Made by a program: the position numbers and the translations under genes. This document shows, one piece after another, positions 1-14,827 of a DNA stretch of 64,000 nt (positions are counted from its first letter, which is position 1; every line of letters begins with the position of its first letter). The notes under the pieces are model-generated. The model was not told where the DNA came from and made no database searches. It saw nothing but the letters and a program-made list of their open reading frames with translations. Source of the DNA: Octopus vulgaris (lineage: Eukaryota); contig OX597816.1 in assembly GCA_951406725.2 (NCBI GenBank), positions 56,668,001-56,732,000 on the forward strand, given 5' to 3'.

Positions 1-240
1 ATGGTTTTATATATGTTGGAGGGAACTTAGAACTCCGAGTATTTCACTAATCGTTGACTAATTAGTGTCACATGGATCAGGCGTTGAGTTGCATACGTGA
101 GAGTACGGCGGAAAGCGGTGAGTAGGAAGGGATGGGGCGATAACGGTGCGGGTACAAGCGGAAATATTGAGGAGGGACTGGGGCTAGTTTGGAGAATAAG
201 ATTAAAAGGGCCTGGATAGGCTGTGTGTGTCTGTCTGACA

Positions 241-245
241 GTAGC

Positions 246-298
<53 letters not shown>

Positions 299-331
299 CA
301 ACAGCAGCGGCAATCATTGTGGTGGTGGTGG
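241..331. repeat. (AGT)n/(GGT)n trinucleotide microsatellite
   Basis: Direct reading of the sequence. Confidence 0.95.
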
Positions 332-835
332 CAGTACTAACATTTAATTGTTTTTTCCTCAGAGTCCGGCTCTGAACGAAAGTAAAATTTCATTGGTCTA
401 GCGATAAGTGACGTCGGCAACTGGTGTTTGAGGTGTGTGGTGTTATTGTATAGTGATTTGGAGTTGCGGTTTCGAAACCCAGGAGGAAGACGGTTACTTT
501 CTAGTAACTTCTTCTTTCACGTAATTGAATAACAAATTCGTAAACAATTCAAAAATTTTTATATAAAAAGATTGTGTGTAGATGTATGTGTAACAATAAT
601 CAATGAGGAAGGACACTCACGCATACACACACGCACACACACGCATACACACACACACACACACACACACACATATTTATTCATTCAAGTTTGTGCTTAT
701 GTCAAGTTATATATAAAAATAGTCTAACGTTAAACTTTGGTGTTTCTGGAGAATAATGAGATGGAAACTGACTTTTAAAAGAAGAAGAATATTTTAAAAT
801 AAGATATGAAAGAGAATGTTTTACGAGAGAAAGTG

Positions 836-871
<36 letters not shown>

Positions 872-883
872 ACACACACACAT

Positions 884-914
<31 letters not shown>

Positions 915-915
915 C

Positions 916-950
<35 letters not shown>
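836..950. repeat. (CA)n(TA)n compound microsatellite, representative of dozens of similar tracts in the window
   Basis: Direct reading of the sequence. Confidence 0.95.
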
Positions 951-954
<4 letters not shown>

Positions 955-1069
955 CCCTCCTTCTTTCCTTCTTTCCTGAGCGTCCAATAATACTATATTT
1001 GTTCTACGTCTTCGCGTTGTTGTATTTTTTTGTTTTCTTGTTTGGATTAACTATATATATACATTTATA

Positions 1070-1355
1070 TCACCGTGACTGACCGGACTATCAGATGTTG
1101 CTACACATCGCTGGTCACAATGCGCTTCGCATTCTTTTAGCCTTCGAATGGCGCCACCCCGCTGGCTAAGCAAGCAGGCCAACAGAAGAAAGAGTGAGAG
1201 AAAATAGTGGTGAAAGAGTACAGCAGGGATCGCCACCCCACCCCTGCCGGAGCCGCGTGGAGCTTTAGGTGTTTTCGCTCAATAAACACTCACAACGCTC
1301 GGTCTGGGAATCGAAACCGCGAGTCCGCTGCCCTAACCACTGGGCCATTGAGCCT

Positions 1356-1358
<3 letters not shown>
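1070..1358 (-). mobile_element. tRNA-derived SINE (head 1 + tail A)
   Basis: Minus strand reads TGGAGGCTCAATGGCCCAGTGGTTAGGGCAGCGGACTCG...GTTTCGATTCCC (A and B boxes). The same head is at 32413; the same tail is at 2938-3055 and 12556-12672. Confidence 0.9.
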
Positions 1359-1409
<51 letters not shown>

Positions 1410-1443
1410 TCATATATATATAATATATATATAAATATATATA

Positions 1444-1503
<60 letters not shown>

Positions 1504-1899
1504 CACACTTATGTTAATGTTTGTCAAGTATATAAACGTTTAGCATGAAACTGTTAATTACTCGATACGTTTTTTTAGAGTGCATGTATAAGAAAATACA
1601 CACATTACACACACACACATACACACGCCCACACACTTGTCTGACTGTTCAAATGTCAAGAGCTGTTATCGTTAAATGAAAGCCTATTTAATAAGTTACA
1701 CAACAAACATGTCAAGTGTATTTACGATAATAGAAGAGAATAAATACTGGTCGGGACTGGTAAATACTGAATTAACTTCCTAAGGAAGACAAACTATGTA
1801 TGGACATTACAACGGGAGACAACTCCCTACAGGTTTCCCCCTTCCTTTAACAGATTTCATCAGTGGGACATATGTAGATACCCCGTATCACTACGGGTC

Positions 1900-2230
1900 T
1901 ATTTTAACCAGTAACTTGCTGTTACTTGTATGAGTCGGCAGCGCCAGCTCAAACCGTCTGGCCATGATGCTCGATTTTCCGTTCTAGACTCTGCTAACCG
2001 TGTCTTCTTCCCCGAGAATCCGTCTGGAATGGCGGCTGGTGTTGGTCAAGCTCCTGTCACACGGTCACGACGGATGTGGCAGTGTCTTACAGAGATGAGG
2101 AGTGACGGGGACTCAGGTCAACGGGCGACCCGGGAGGACCCGGGAATACAGACACTGACAAATGGTGAATGCAGCAACGCTCTACGACGGCGCATGTCCT
2201 CCAACACCTGACCTGACCTAACTGACTGAA
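1900..2230 (+). mobile_element. RTE-type LINE, decayed 3' end
   Basis: Translates VTCMSRQRQLKPSGHDARF...ANRV..., resembling the RTE ORF C-terminus (RQLRLYGHVAR). Ends in a (CCTGA)n-like tail. Confidence 0.65.
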
Positions 2231-2363
2231 TATATTGCATCAGATTCCTGTTGAGAATTTGAAGGCGACGAAGGTTTCATAGACTGAATTTCATTTCGAC
2301 ATATTCTATGGAATCATCAGTCGGTCATGAAAGGGGCAGAAAGATATAGTAAAGTGCTGAAGT

Positions 2364-2439
<76 letters not shown>

Positions 2440-2446
2440 ATGTATG

Positions 2447-2587
<141 letters not shown>

Positions 2588-2814
2588 TGAATTGCTCGAA
2601 ATATGGAGTAGGGAAACAGCTGACAACTGGTGAAGGGCCATTCTTTATGTTACTGGTCTTGTTTTCCATTTCATTCTTTCGTTGTTCGGATACAAAACTT
2701 TGTCTTCGTATTTTATGTTTTCGTATTTCATATTGTTTACGTTTATGACGTCCTGTACCCATATATGCATGTATATATACATATGTATTTAAGTATGTAC
2801 ATATATGCATATAA

Positions 2815-2847
<33 letters not shown>

Positions 2848-2864
2848 TGTATGTATGTATGTAT

Positions 2865-2936
<72 letters not shown>

Positions 2937-2937
2937 T

Positions 2938-3055
2938 GGCTTACTCGCTTAGCCAGCGGGGTGGCGTCATTCGAAGGCTAAAACAATGCGAACGCATTGT
3001 GACTAGCGATGTGTAGCAACATCTGATGGTCTGGTCGGTCACGTGATCACGTGAT
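2938..3055 (+). mobile_element. 5'-truncated SINE, tail A
   Basis: Matches the 3' part of 1070-1358 and 12556-12672. Confidence 0.85.
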
Positions 3056-4598
3056 ACACACACACACACACACAGTCTTCTTTTGGTGGTTTCGTTTAAT
3101 AGTCTGCGGCCATGCTGGAGTACTGCCTTTAAGAGATTTAATAATGTCCGGTAAAATTATTTTGCCAGTCTCGTAAGATACGAAATACAAAGCTTCTATC
3201 GATGCAAAAGGAGATCATTCTGTAGATTTTAACTGTGCTTTTGTTACACATACACATACACACATACATACATACATACATACATACATACATACAAGCG
3301 TTCAGCTAGTACTCCGTCGGATGCGACGACGAGTGTTCTAGTTGATCCGATCAACAGAACAGCCAGCTCGTTAAATGATTATAATTATTGTATGCATGCC
3401 ATATTTTTTTACTATATTTCCTGATAATACCCAATGTGGCAAATATATATTTCCAGAGTGACTTGTCATATGACGGACAACAATCTAGTTTGTGTGTGTC
3501 CGTGTGTCCGTGTGTGTGTGTGTGTGTGAGTGTGTGTGTGTGTGCGTGCGTGCGAATGTCCGTCCTCCCGTGCGTGCGGATGTCCGTCCGTCCGTCTGTT
3601 CGTGCCTGCGAGCGTAAGTTGGTACACTGATTTGAGTATCTGCTTTGAGAATAACTTCTTCCTCACCCTCACACCCCAACCACTAATTTCATGGGGTCCT
3701 TAATCCTTCTCTAAGCACGTCCTACATCTTTTTCTTTCAATAATTTCCCACAGAACAAAAAAAAAAAATCTACATCCTTATTAGAACCGCGATAAAATAT
3801 GAAATGATGTCATAACGTATTCCACACCACACTAAATACGGAGGCGCTCGCTTCACAAATTCTACAAAGCAGGGTTTGTTTACAGCGATACCAGCCACTG
3901 ACGTCATTTTCTCTCTGCTTACCATTTTAGCTCGGAACCAAAAATAGTTTTTTTTAAAAAAGGGAAGACAGACATTAGAAATATTCTATTCCTGTATTTT
4001 ATATTTAAAATAAATCAACTTAAAGTACCAATTAGCACCAGTTCACTCACGGTACTTATGGGCTTTTTTTTAAAAATTGGAATCAACGTCAAGATTAATT
4101 ATCCTACTTCTCTTTTAAACAGGAAACTTCGGAGTTGTTAAAAATTAATGGATGCGTTTGCAGATGCACCGCTTTTTAAATGCGTGGGTGCATGTAGGTG
4201 TGTTTGTGTGTGTGTACGTGCGTGTGTGTAGGTGTGTGTGTGTGTGCGTGCGTGCGTGTCTGTAGGTGTGTGTGTGTGTGTGTGTGTGTGTATTTCAATG
4301 TCGCTACTAAGGTCACGGGAAGGTATTGCATCATGTTACTCTTTTGCACGTCTTCTTGCTTCAGTCATTAGACTGCGGCCATACTGGGGCAGCCCAGTAT
4401 TTATTTTTCAAGCCTGGTACTTATTCTAACGAACGCTACTGGCCGAACGGCAAAATCACGCGGACACAAAGAAACCAACACCGGTTGACGAGCAGCGAGA
4501 GAGACAAACACAATAATATTGCGCACACATCACACATACAAGCATGCGTACATACATATCTAGATATGTATATATATATGCTTAATGTGTATGTATGC

Positions 4599-4678
<80 letters not shown>

Positions 4679-4902
4679 ATATTGTATGTATGTATATGTG
4701 TATATGCATATGTATATAATTGCATATATACGTGTGTATGTCTACATACATACATACATACATATATACATACACATGTACGTGTACAAATAGTACATGA
4801 ACAAATAGTTGTTGGTTTTTAATAAGCGTCGAAATGTGTATTGAACGATTCAAGTTAGATGATATTTATTCGAACGCATAATTACCGTTAGAATAGCAGA
4901 AA

Positions 4903-5195
4903 TCTTTACATATGAAAGTGAAGTTGTGTGTCTGTCTCCTACGATTTAGATTCCTAACTACTCCCACATTTTGCGGTGCAGTTTAACCAAAACCGGGTTA
5001 CAGTCGTGATTCATATTGCGCCCTTCTGGGTATTAGCGCGCGTCGACGATGAGTCTACGATTTAAAAAAAAATAACCATCATTTTTTCCCATTTTTAATG
5101 CATTTTTTTGCTATTATATAAGGGAAGTAACTCTCTAAAAATGCTTATATAGTTATTTCCCTTACAAACCCGAGCAACGCCGGGCGATACTGTTA

Positions 5196-5196
<1 letters not shown>
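4903..5196 (+). mobile_element. Non-autonomous Helitron, family H1
   Basis: 5' A|TC start, 3' hairpin CCCGAGCAACGCCGGG, then (C/T)TAG|T. Homologous to 17836-18347 and 31841-32234. Confidence 0.8.
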
Positions 5197-5243
<47 letters not shown>

Positions 5244-5261
5244 GGGTCAAGACAGCTTGAT

Positions 5262-5900
5262 TCAAGCGTGTTGTTAAGCTTCAGACATTTTCAATTTGAA
5301 TGAAAGAAGTTGGTTGTTATTATCCCAAGTTGGGCTGCGACTAGTCGAGGAAGGTCAAGCAGTGTCGTGGTTTAATGTTGGTATATCAATATATCAGCGA
5401 TAAAAGTTATTGGACGCGCAGGTGCACGACATCACCCCCGCACACACACACACTCAAACACACACACATGCATATGAATGAACAAGCGCGCGTATACACA
5501 CACACATACACGCTACATGTGTGTTTATGCGCGTGTATATGAGTGTCGCGCATGTTCGTTCACATATGTGGGTGGGGCCTGCGCACCCATGTACAGTGCG
5601 CATGAGCGCAAAAACCTGTGAGTGCGTCCACACACCCACTTATACAACTATATACTTGCACATACCGCCCCTTCCTTTTTCCCTTCCAACAACCCGACCG
5701 ATGTCTTGCCCACCACGCGGTCTATTTCCTGTTCACCATGCAGTATTTTCCAACTAGGTGTTGCCGCTGATATACCAATATACCAACATCAAACCACGAC
5801 ACCACGTCACCTTCCTCGACCAATCGCAGCTCACCTTATGTAATACCAATCAACTTTTCATTCAAATTGAAAATGGCTGAAGACTAGCATCACGCTTGTA
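5262..5900. mobile_element. Old MITE/foldback element with ~140-bp diverged inverted arms
   Basis: 5262-5400 is the reverse complement of 5765-5900 (for example GTCGTGGTTTAATGTTGGTATAT / ATATACCAACATCAAACCACGAC). Confidence 0.65.
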
Positions 5901-7229
5901 ACTCGGAGTACCAACGAATTTGAATTAAACTTTTTTGACCCATACATGTAACTCCCGATACATGAGTGTCCTTCTTTCGTTTGTCCATACACTCGTGTGT
6001 GTGTGTGTTGTTGGTGATCAAAACACTTCATCTCTTATTGCTCTGTGATCACTTCCACACCTGACGCGCGGCACACTGTACACCTATTCAAGCAACGTCG
6101 ATTTGATGGAGGGAGTTAGCTAGAGTGCGGCGCAAACATTTGATCACTATATACAAATCACTTGTGCAGGTCGTTCGGCACAAAGCTGAACGCTTATACG
6201 TTGTCTTCGACGGGAGACTCCATCATACATATGCATACATACTACGGGATGGGCTTCGTCTACCAGTTTCCCTCTAACAAATCTCTTTCATTCGCCGCAC
6301 AGTGAAACCGAACCCGAAGCTATTCACTTGTGAAACGGAAACCTTACCTCGAATAACACCACTCTCACGTGACATTATTGTCCATTTATGTAGGACGATA
6401 CTGTCGAATATATGCAAGTATGGTAGAGCCACGCTTGAGTGTTGCACAGGCATCTGAAAAACCGGCACAACACCTGTCAACATACTCATATATATTAACT
6501 TACTTCTCATGTATCTAGGACAATATTCCTTCTGTCTCTACAAACATCCTAGACCCGCATAACAAACCTGCTTACCGATCTGAGACAGCACTGTTATTAC
6601 GTACAAGGCATCGTGGTGTACGTGACAGTACGGCTCACCTACATGCGACAACACTGCTGTTATATTTTTAAAATGTCACAGACGACATTATAGGACAGCT
6701 TGTATAACAGGGACAATTTATATACACTAACATAATAGATCTTCATTATTGCTCCCCTATTTGGAGCAGAACTGCTATTACATACACGAAGTCTAGAGGC
6801 ACGTTACAGAACTCATATATAAGAGACTGTGCCGTTACTGTAAGCAAATTCTGAATTATATAAGAAAAAGTCTGTCCAACTATACAAACATGACCTCTGG
6901 GTCACCACACACGAGTTGTTTCTTTTCCCTCTCACAGTTACTGTTTTTGTTTATTTTCCTGTCAACTAAACATTGAAATGTCATAAACAGCCTAATCCAA
7001 CAGTGTACTTTCATTCCTAAAATATCTCATCCTTAAATTAGTTGTCCCTAAAACTAAGATCCCATAGAATTCTGTGCCTGCCTATGGTTTTCTTTTCTTG
7101 CACCACTGACCTATGGACGTTTGAAATTAAGATTTCCTCGAAATAAATAAAGTTAAAACAAACTTCTTTGACCACAAGGACTTTGTGACCTGTTTCCAAA
7201 TGACTGCATTGGAGAATATCGGTTTCAAC

Positions 7230-7432
7230 TTTTAACACAAGGCCAGCAATTTCAGAGAAAGGGCTAAGTCGATTTCATCAACGTCAGTACTCAATTGCTC
7301 CTTATTTTATAAGACCCCGAAAAGATGAAAGGCAAAGTCGACATCATCGAAATTTGAACTCAGAATGTAATGACGGACGAAATGCCGCAAAGCATTTTTC
7401 CCGGCCAGTGTTCAGCCAACCCCCCCACCTTC
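7230..7432 (-). mobile_element. Decayed Meta-domain-type SINE
   Basis: GATGAAAGGCAAAGTCGAC...TTTGAACTCAGAA matches the 55006 family. Confidence 0.8.
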
Positions 7433-8420
7433 GCATAGGAGAATATTACAAACTGCTTCATCGATATAATTTTATCTCTTGAGCAAGAACATATCAATCA
7501 AGCAATGGCATACACTTTACTTCCCGTTTTTCTGATCGTGTCTATCAAATCATCTCAGAGAACAACATGGCTCTATTTTCCACAAGTTCAGAGAAAAATT
7601 TAATATTCTTACGTATAACTCCAAAAGAGATACCTAACACAAAACCATGCTGTGTATGTATGGATATATTCCAATGTTTGTAGACTAAAAGCTGCAATTA
7701 TTATAGTTGAAGGTTTGCTATATCTGGCACCACATAAGTTCCATATGTTTTGATGTTTATAAAACCTAATGAGATAAACCGGTAGAATTGGAAACCAATT
7801 AGGAAAGCCTTCTGTTTCTGAGAATTGCCAATACAAATTTCACACAAAAATTGGCCACAGTTCTGCAACGATCTGTGAGGATTTCTAATTATTTTTATAT
7901 AATTTTTCATTTCCATCACTAAGGCTGTTGCTATTGTTGTTGCTGTAGTTTAACCCCAGGTCTAACCTGATCGAACAAATCTTATGATCTAAAGTGGCTT
8001 TTTATGGACCTAGGACTCTGCTCACTGCCGTCACTTTTAATAAACGCCTCCACTCAGATATCATACCACAATTACCAGTCCTTCTTCCCCCGAGTGTCAC
8101 TGGGTTCCTTTCTCTTTTTTAATCAACAGTAGTTTTCCACTAGAAGAAGAGATTGTTCCTCTGAACTTGATGTCCCTCTTATATTTGTTTTCAAGGGAAA
8201 CGTTAAAAACATTGACCCTAAGGGAGACAGAGGCCCTAACAATGCCATTGACACAGTCCCTTACACCAGACGAAATTTTTTTTCAAAAAGCGATAAGATT
8301 GTCCCAGATCTTATTTGGTTGACACACACACACGCACGCATACATACATACATACAAACATACATACATACATACATACATACATACATACATACATACA
8401 TACATACATACATACATACA

Positions 8421-8451
<31 letters not shown>

Positions 8452-8464
8452 GCGTATATATATG

Positions 8465-8790
8465 TATAATATAAGGCAAATGGAGAGTCTGAGCACACAA
8501 AATATCAATTTATTTATATAATAGTCAATTTCATGTCGCCTACGTACGTTTCAACTTCTTACCTTCGTTCATATTTTCCAATTAATTTTACAAGGTAAAA
8601 ATCTCATTCCCATTCTAATGGATAGAGAGTTGCTTATCAACTCTCCATCCACCTTTTAAATGCATAATGCAATTTTCGTCGCAAAATATGAATGAAGGTA
8701 AGAAATTGAAACGTACGTAGGAGATTGACTGTTATATAAATGAATTGATTTTTTTTCTGTGTTCAACCTCTCCATTTTCCTTATATTATT
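8465..8790. repeat. Inverted repeat (~110-bp arms) with a nested hairpin
   Basis: 8465-8577 vs 8685-8790. Inner hairpin TGGATAGAGAGTTG-cttat-CAACTCTCCATCCA. Confidence 0.8.
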
Positions 8791-9113
8791 AAAATTCTCT
8801 TCTCGTATATCGAATGGAAGAAAACGCCTATAATGACTACTGGATTAAATACTAACACGAATTAATGAATTCCAAGTATATTAACCGATATGAAGCTAAA
8901 CCGGTGTACGATTGGATAAAATGCATCCATGTAAAAGAGCATGTATGTGTGTGTTCGCGTGAGTGTGTATGATACTGTGTGATATGGAAATTGCTGGTAG
9001 GGACATCTTATTTCGTTTTGCAAGTAATAAAACACTTCCAATCATACCTGAAGGTTCACAAATCCATGCTGCGCCCTACTTTTGTGTCAGCAGTGCGATA
9101 CAATTCTTTTTAA

Positions 9114-9283
9114 CCCTTTAACATTGAAACCGGTCATATCTGGTCAAAATACTGTACCTGTTTTATATTCATATCAGTCAGATCCAGCCTCTCAAATCAA
9201 CCAGATCATGCATGATTATTAATTCAAAACAAAGTGAATAAAATAAGCTACACATTTGACAAAATACTTTAGATGCTAAAGGG
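9114..9283. mobile_element. piggyBac-like MITE
   Basis: TTAA|CCCTTTAACATT ... ATGCTAAAGGG termini. The right TTAA is lost. Confidence 0.65.
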
Positions 9284-9299
9284 ATACCATCTCAACAGT

Positions 9300-9793
9300 A
9301 ACATCGTAGCTTTCATTACTGTTTCCAAATTCAAAAGAAAATTTGTAGACATTACTCAAAGCTGTATGAGCCGTGAGCGGTACATCATTTGTACGATGTG
9401 GAGAATATACCGCCAACTTTGCCCAAACGACCTGAACATTAGCTTCAAGGTTCATCCAAGACTGGGACCACGGGCCATACGTGCCCTGCCCAATTCAAGA
9501 TCACAGCATACATGTACACTGCAACATAATTTCTTTTCCTCAACAGGCCCTGCCCTATTTAACATTGTCCCGAAAGAGATCAAAGAGGAAAAGGATCCCA
9601 TCAACTTTAAACGGAGTCTGGATAGATTCCTTCAAGGAATACCAGATAAGCTACCCATAATTGGATACAACTCCCCCAACAAAAACTCACTACTTGAATG
9701 GACCATAAACAAAACTATCAGGTGGTGCTATTAAGTTAGACATGGCCTGGACCAATCTTTGGTCGAAACATATCTAAGTTTATCTAAGTTTAT
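9300..9793 (+). mobile_element. CR1/Jockey-group LINE, ORF2 3' end
   Basis: RERYIICTMWRI...GPALFNIVPKEIK...FKRSLDRFLQGIPD..NSLLEW, with a tandem TATCTAAGTT tail. A related copy is at 45770. Confidence 0.85.
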
Positions 9794-10559
9794 ATAAATG
9801 CTAGCTTATATATGCTTGTAAACAATACGTCTCTACATATGTTTGTCTAACATCGACCTGTCTTAGAAGTTCAGGCTATTTTTTCATAAGCTGGTTGTTA
9901 GTATTTCTCGTTGACTAAACATTCACAATCTGCTATATTAAACCTCAGTTGCACGCATTTAACAAAATTTTATTTTATATGTCAACGACATGCTTCAGTG
10001 ACCATGTGATATTCTATTCATTTGAAAAAAAAAACATTTTCTCTCTCCTACGAAGGGACAACTTTAGAATGTCCTTTGCCTCTTATCTTTATGATACATC
10101 ATTTTATTCTAACTCCCCAACTTAATGTGCAATAGAATGTAAGTGTCCACTAGCCCACGCGCTTTCGTAGATACAGTAGAGGCTATGTAAAACTAGTGTT
10201 TGTGTGTATAACACAGCACTTGCTCTCGACATAGCTGGAAAACTAGGACAGTAACTTCTTGACATTTTAAGAAAGAGAAATAAAACTGTTGCGGTCAACG
10301 GTGATCTCTCAAAGGAGACAATAATTGTGAACGGGTAGCTCAGAGAACACTTTTAAAGCTGTTGCTGTCTGCGATATTTCCCTTAAACATGTACCCAGTT
10401 ATACCAACATCCTCTGTCACTAGTTATGTTCCTACATCAAAGACAAACCAGAATGTTAAAATCTCCACAAATATCTCAATGCACTGTACATGTGCGCTGA
10501 ACAAAACGTGAAATTTAAGGCTGGAAGAATTCAGGCATTTCGAAATCAACCATCAATAT

Positions 10560-11230
10560 TCTTCAACCAGCATACACAGCAACAATGAGTATTGCCACCC
10601 TAATGTCATAATCGATGTGTGATCCAGTGATTTAAGTTCTCTGGTCATAATCGTGCTTTAAGATAGCGACAATGTCCAGACGCTTAGCAGAATAAATTTT
10701 AATTTCATTTAGAAGAATACAAGCAATCTGATATGCATTAGTTTTTTATGGCCGCCTAGATTATGAGTGGTCACCACACAGGGTTAAGAGCTGGAGTTTA
10801 CAAGGTTATTTCACCAAGAACATTGTTCGCATGCAGCAGATGAGGTATCGGAAGAGGTTTTGTCTGGAACAACCATAATTCGATATCCGAGGTGAAGATT
10901 GGAATATCTTGGAAAGAGTATCGCTGAATGTTAACGATGGAAGCTATACCAATTCTCGAAATAGGCGTTGCTGCCTCAATCCAGAAGTCCCACGTTCCCC
11001 ATGTAGATTAAGGAGCAGACAATGCGAGACTTACAGGATCTCAAGTTTCGCAGTTTTTCAATATCTCGCCAAAAAACAAAAAAAAAAAAAACCTGAAAGA
11101 TCTACAAGGAATATATTCTAACAGGTTCGAACGTAAAGTTTGGACTTCTATTGCTCTAATCCAAGACAAACCTTTGTCACAACAGGAAATGATACGAAAG
11201 TACCAATATCAACGCATCTATTCATGGGAG
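10560..11230 (+). mobile_element. Highly decayed CR1-group LINE ORF2 C-terminus
   Basis: Frameshifted motifs WSPH, LQGYFTKNI, WNILE, FFNISPK and IQDKP. Confidence 0.55.
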
Positions 11231-11340
11231 AACGGCGGCAGGAAGTGGGTTCCGGCAACGTCGATCGAGATGCTGCGAAAACAAAAGCGTACAATACACA
11301 CAGCCCCAACAGGTGTCAATCAAACATGAACCAGAGTTGG

Positions 11341-11387
<47 letters not shown>

Positions 11388-11454
11388 TGTGTGTGTGTGT
11401 GTGTGTGTGTGTAAACCTTTTCTTCTTTATTTATTTCTCTGTCTGGAAATGGGA

Positions 11455-11670
11455 GATTAATCTTTTATCATTTATCTTTTACCTTATTGAGTCATTAGGC
11501 TACGACCATGCTGGGACATCGCTTTCAAGGATTTTAGTCGAATGAATCAACTCCAGTATGCATTTCTTTTCTTTTAAGCACGGTACATACTCTATGAGTC
11601 TCTTTTGCGGAACCGCTAAGTTATGGGGACGTAAGCGCACAAATACCGGTCGTGAAGCGTGGCGGCGTGT
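11455..11670 (-). mobile_element. 3' half of the CORE-type SINE (family A)
   Basis: Matches the reverse complement of 27370-27560. Confidence 0.75.
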
Positions 11671-11672
11671 GG

Positions 11673-11874
<202 letters not shown>

Positions 11875-11915
11875 GCACACGCACACACGTTTGCATACAC
11901 GCACGCACACTCACA

Positions 11916-12001
<86 letters not shown>

Positions 12002-12008
12002 CATACAC

Positions 12009-12063
<55 letters not shown>

Positions 12064-12489
12064 GCATACATACATACATATATATATATACATACATACA
12101 TACATACATACATACATACATACATACATACATACATACATTATTATGGCTGCCCCCTCGTTATCGAGGATGGCCATTGCACGAAGCTTAACTGTTAATG
12201 GTGCTGTGATCGAATGTCTTTACAGAATTGGCAGCAAGGATCTTTCCGAAAAATTAAAACAGTTGCTTACTCCCGTGATGTAAATCGACCCCCCCCCCCC
12301 AAATAGTGAGAACTGACCAAAACTTGCCCGAAAACACAATTAAAATAGTGCATACACACACACACACACATAATTGTCCATCCATTTTCTCCACGCACAA
12401 TTCCTAGTGTGAGAGCTGCTGGAGTAGAGTCCTCAGGCACCTCTCCGCCATGGGATCCAATGAGAAATAACTGTCGTTATACTCTCCGG

Positions 12490-12555
<66 letters not shown>

Positions 12556-12563
<8 letters not shown>

Positions 12564-12672
12564 CACGTGACCGACCAGACCATCAGATGTTGTTACACAT
12601 CGCTGGTCACAATGCGTTCACATTGTTTTAGCCTTCGAATGACGCCACCCCGCTGGCTAAGCGAGCAGGCCA
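12556..12672 (-). mobile_element. 5'-truncated SINE, tail A, embedded in (TA)n
   Basis: Matches 1070-1180. Confidence 0.85.
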
Positions 12673-13128
12673 ATATATATATATAGATATATATACATAC
12701 ATACATACATACACACATACATACACACGTAGACATCGCGATATGGTTGAATCTTTAAGAAGTTCGCTTTGCAAACGCTACCTCCTGAGTCTTGTTCCCT
12801 CTGTGTGGTATCTTAGGCAAGTGTCACTAGCCATGGCCATCCAGTCGAGCGACCCATACACCGATAATGGAACTGGTTCGACGGTGACTGTGTACAGTCA
12901 CATCTGATGGAATGTACCAGTAATTCACACACACATATATAGCTGTACATTCCCATCGACTCATGGTGGTGATGATGGTGGTGATAGTGGTGGAGTGTCG
13001 GCGGTGGGAGCAATGAATAAAACACGAGTGCCACACAAGTCAATAGTCTGTGATCACTTGATTAAATATGCATATCATTATTAGAGATGGCATCGATATG
13101 GTAAATATATAAAGATTGACATATCGAG

Positions 13129-13197
<69 letters not shown>

Positions 13198-13407
13198 GTA
13201 GTGGGAATACATATTAGTGGTGTTGAGGTATGCTGGTGGATGCTGGTTGATCGTGGGTGGTGGAGGTGGGCGGACAAATGTTTATTGACTGTATAAGTAC
13301 ATTTAAATCAATTCAATTCCCACGAGCTTTGTGGGACGAAATCTGAGTATGTTACATCATACACACACACACACACGCACACACACTCACACACACACAT
13401 ACATGTA

Positions 13408-13461
<54 letters not shown>

Positions 13462-13552
13462 TCTATGATAGGCACCGATCTATAGATACAGACCTTAACA
13501 TTAATGCTTCCATCAGCTACAGATAAACGCTGGTAATACGTCATTGTTAAAT

Positions 13553-14561
13553 AGGTGTGTGTGTGTGTGTGCGTGGGCGTGTGTACGTGAGAGTGTGGGG
13601 GGCGCATGTGTACGTGCGTGAGTACGTGTGTGTGTACGTGTGTGTGTACGTGTGTGTGTATGTGTGTATGTGTGTGTGTGTTTGTATGTGTGTGTGTACG
13701 TGCGCATGCATACTGTTTTAATGTGTGTGTGTGTGTTCGTGTGAGTGCGAACGTGACAGTATGTACATGTGTGTGTGCATGCATGTGTACGTGTGTGTGT
13801 GTACTTAGGAGTGTGTGTGCGTGTGATTGTGCGCACGTGTACGTGTGTGTGTACGTGTGTGTATGTGTGTTTGTATGTGTGTGTGTACGTGCGCATGCAT
13901 ACTGTTTTAGTGTGTGTGTGTGTGTGTGTGTGTACGTGCGCATGCATACTGTTTTAGTGTGTGTGTGTGTACGTGCGCATGCATACTGTTTTAGTGTGTG
14001 TGTGTGTGTGTGTGTGTTCGTGTGAGTGCGAACGTGACAGTGTGTACATGTGTGTGTGTGCATGCATGTGTACGTGTGTGTGTGTACTTAGGAGTTCGTG
14101 TGCGTGTGATTGTGCGCACGTGTACGTGTGTGTGTACGTGTGTGTGTATGTGTGCATGTATGTGTGTGTGTACGTGCGCATGCATACTGTTTTAATGTGT
14201 GTGTGTATGTGTGTGTGTATGTGTGTATGTGTGTGTGTGTGCATGCGCATGCATACTGTTTTAGTGTATGTGTGTGTGTGTACATGCATGTGTACGTGTG
14301 TGTGTGTACGTAGGAGTGTGTATGTGTGTGATTGTGCGCACGTGTACTGTGTGCGTACGTGGGAGTGTGTACGTGTGTGTGTGCATGTGCACGTATGAGT
14401 GTATACGTGAAAATGTGCGTGTGTGTTTGTGTACGCGTGTATTAGTGTGTGCGTACGTGCGCATGTATACGTGTGAGTGCATACGTGGGAGAGTGTATAC
14501 GTGAGTGTGTGTGTGCATGTGCACATATGAGTGTGTGCGTGAGTGTGAGTATGTTTTGTGT

Positions 14562-14599
<38 letters not shown>

Positions 14600-14642
14600 G
14601 TATGTATGCATGTGTGTGCGCATGCGTGCGTCTGCGTGCGTG
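13553..14642. repeat. Higher-order purine-pyrimidine (TG-rich) minisatellite
   Basis: Recurring GTACGTGCGCATGCATACTGTTTTA, GTACTTAGGAGT and GCGAACGTGACAGT blocks. Confidence 0.85.
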
Positions 14643-14724
14643 ACGAGAAATGATAACCTTCACATTCGGATATTGATTTGCCAATGTCAGTCCGTCCTTG
14701 ACCGAACATCGATACAAACGGCGC

Positions 14725-14785
14725 CGTCAGCAACAGCAGCAGCACCTCAGCAACAGCAGCAACAGTAGAAACGGCAGTAGTAGTG

Positions 14786-14827
<42 letters not shown>

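Noticed and set aside
3899-3906. CRE TGACGTCA (also at 63853-63860)
   Set aside because: An 8-mer is expected by chance in 64 kb, and there is no supporting context.
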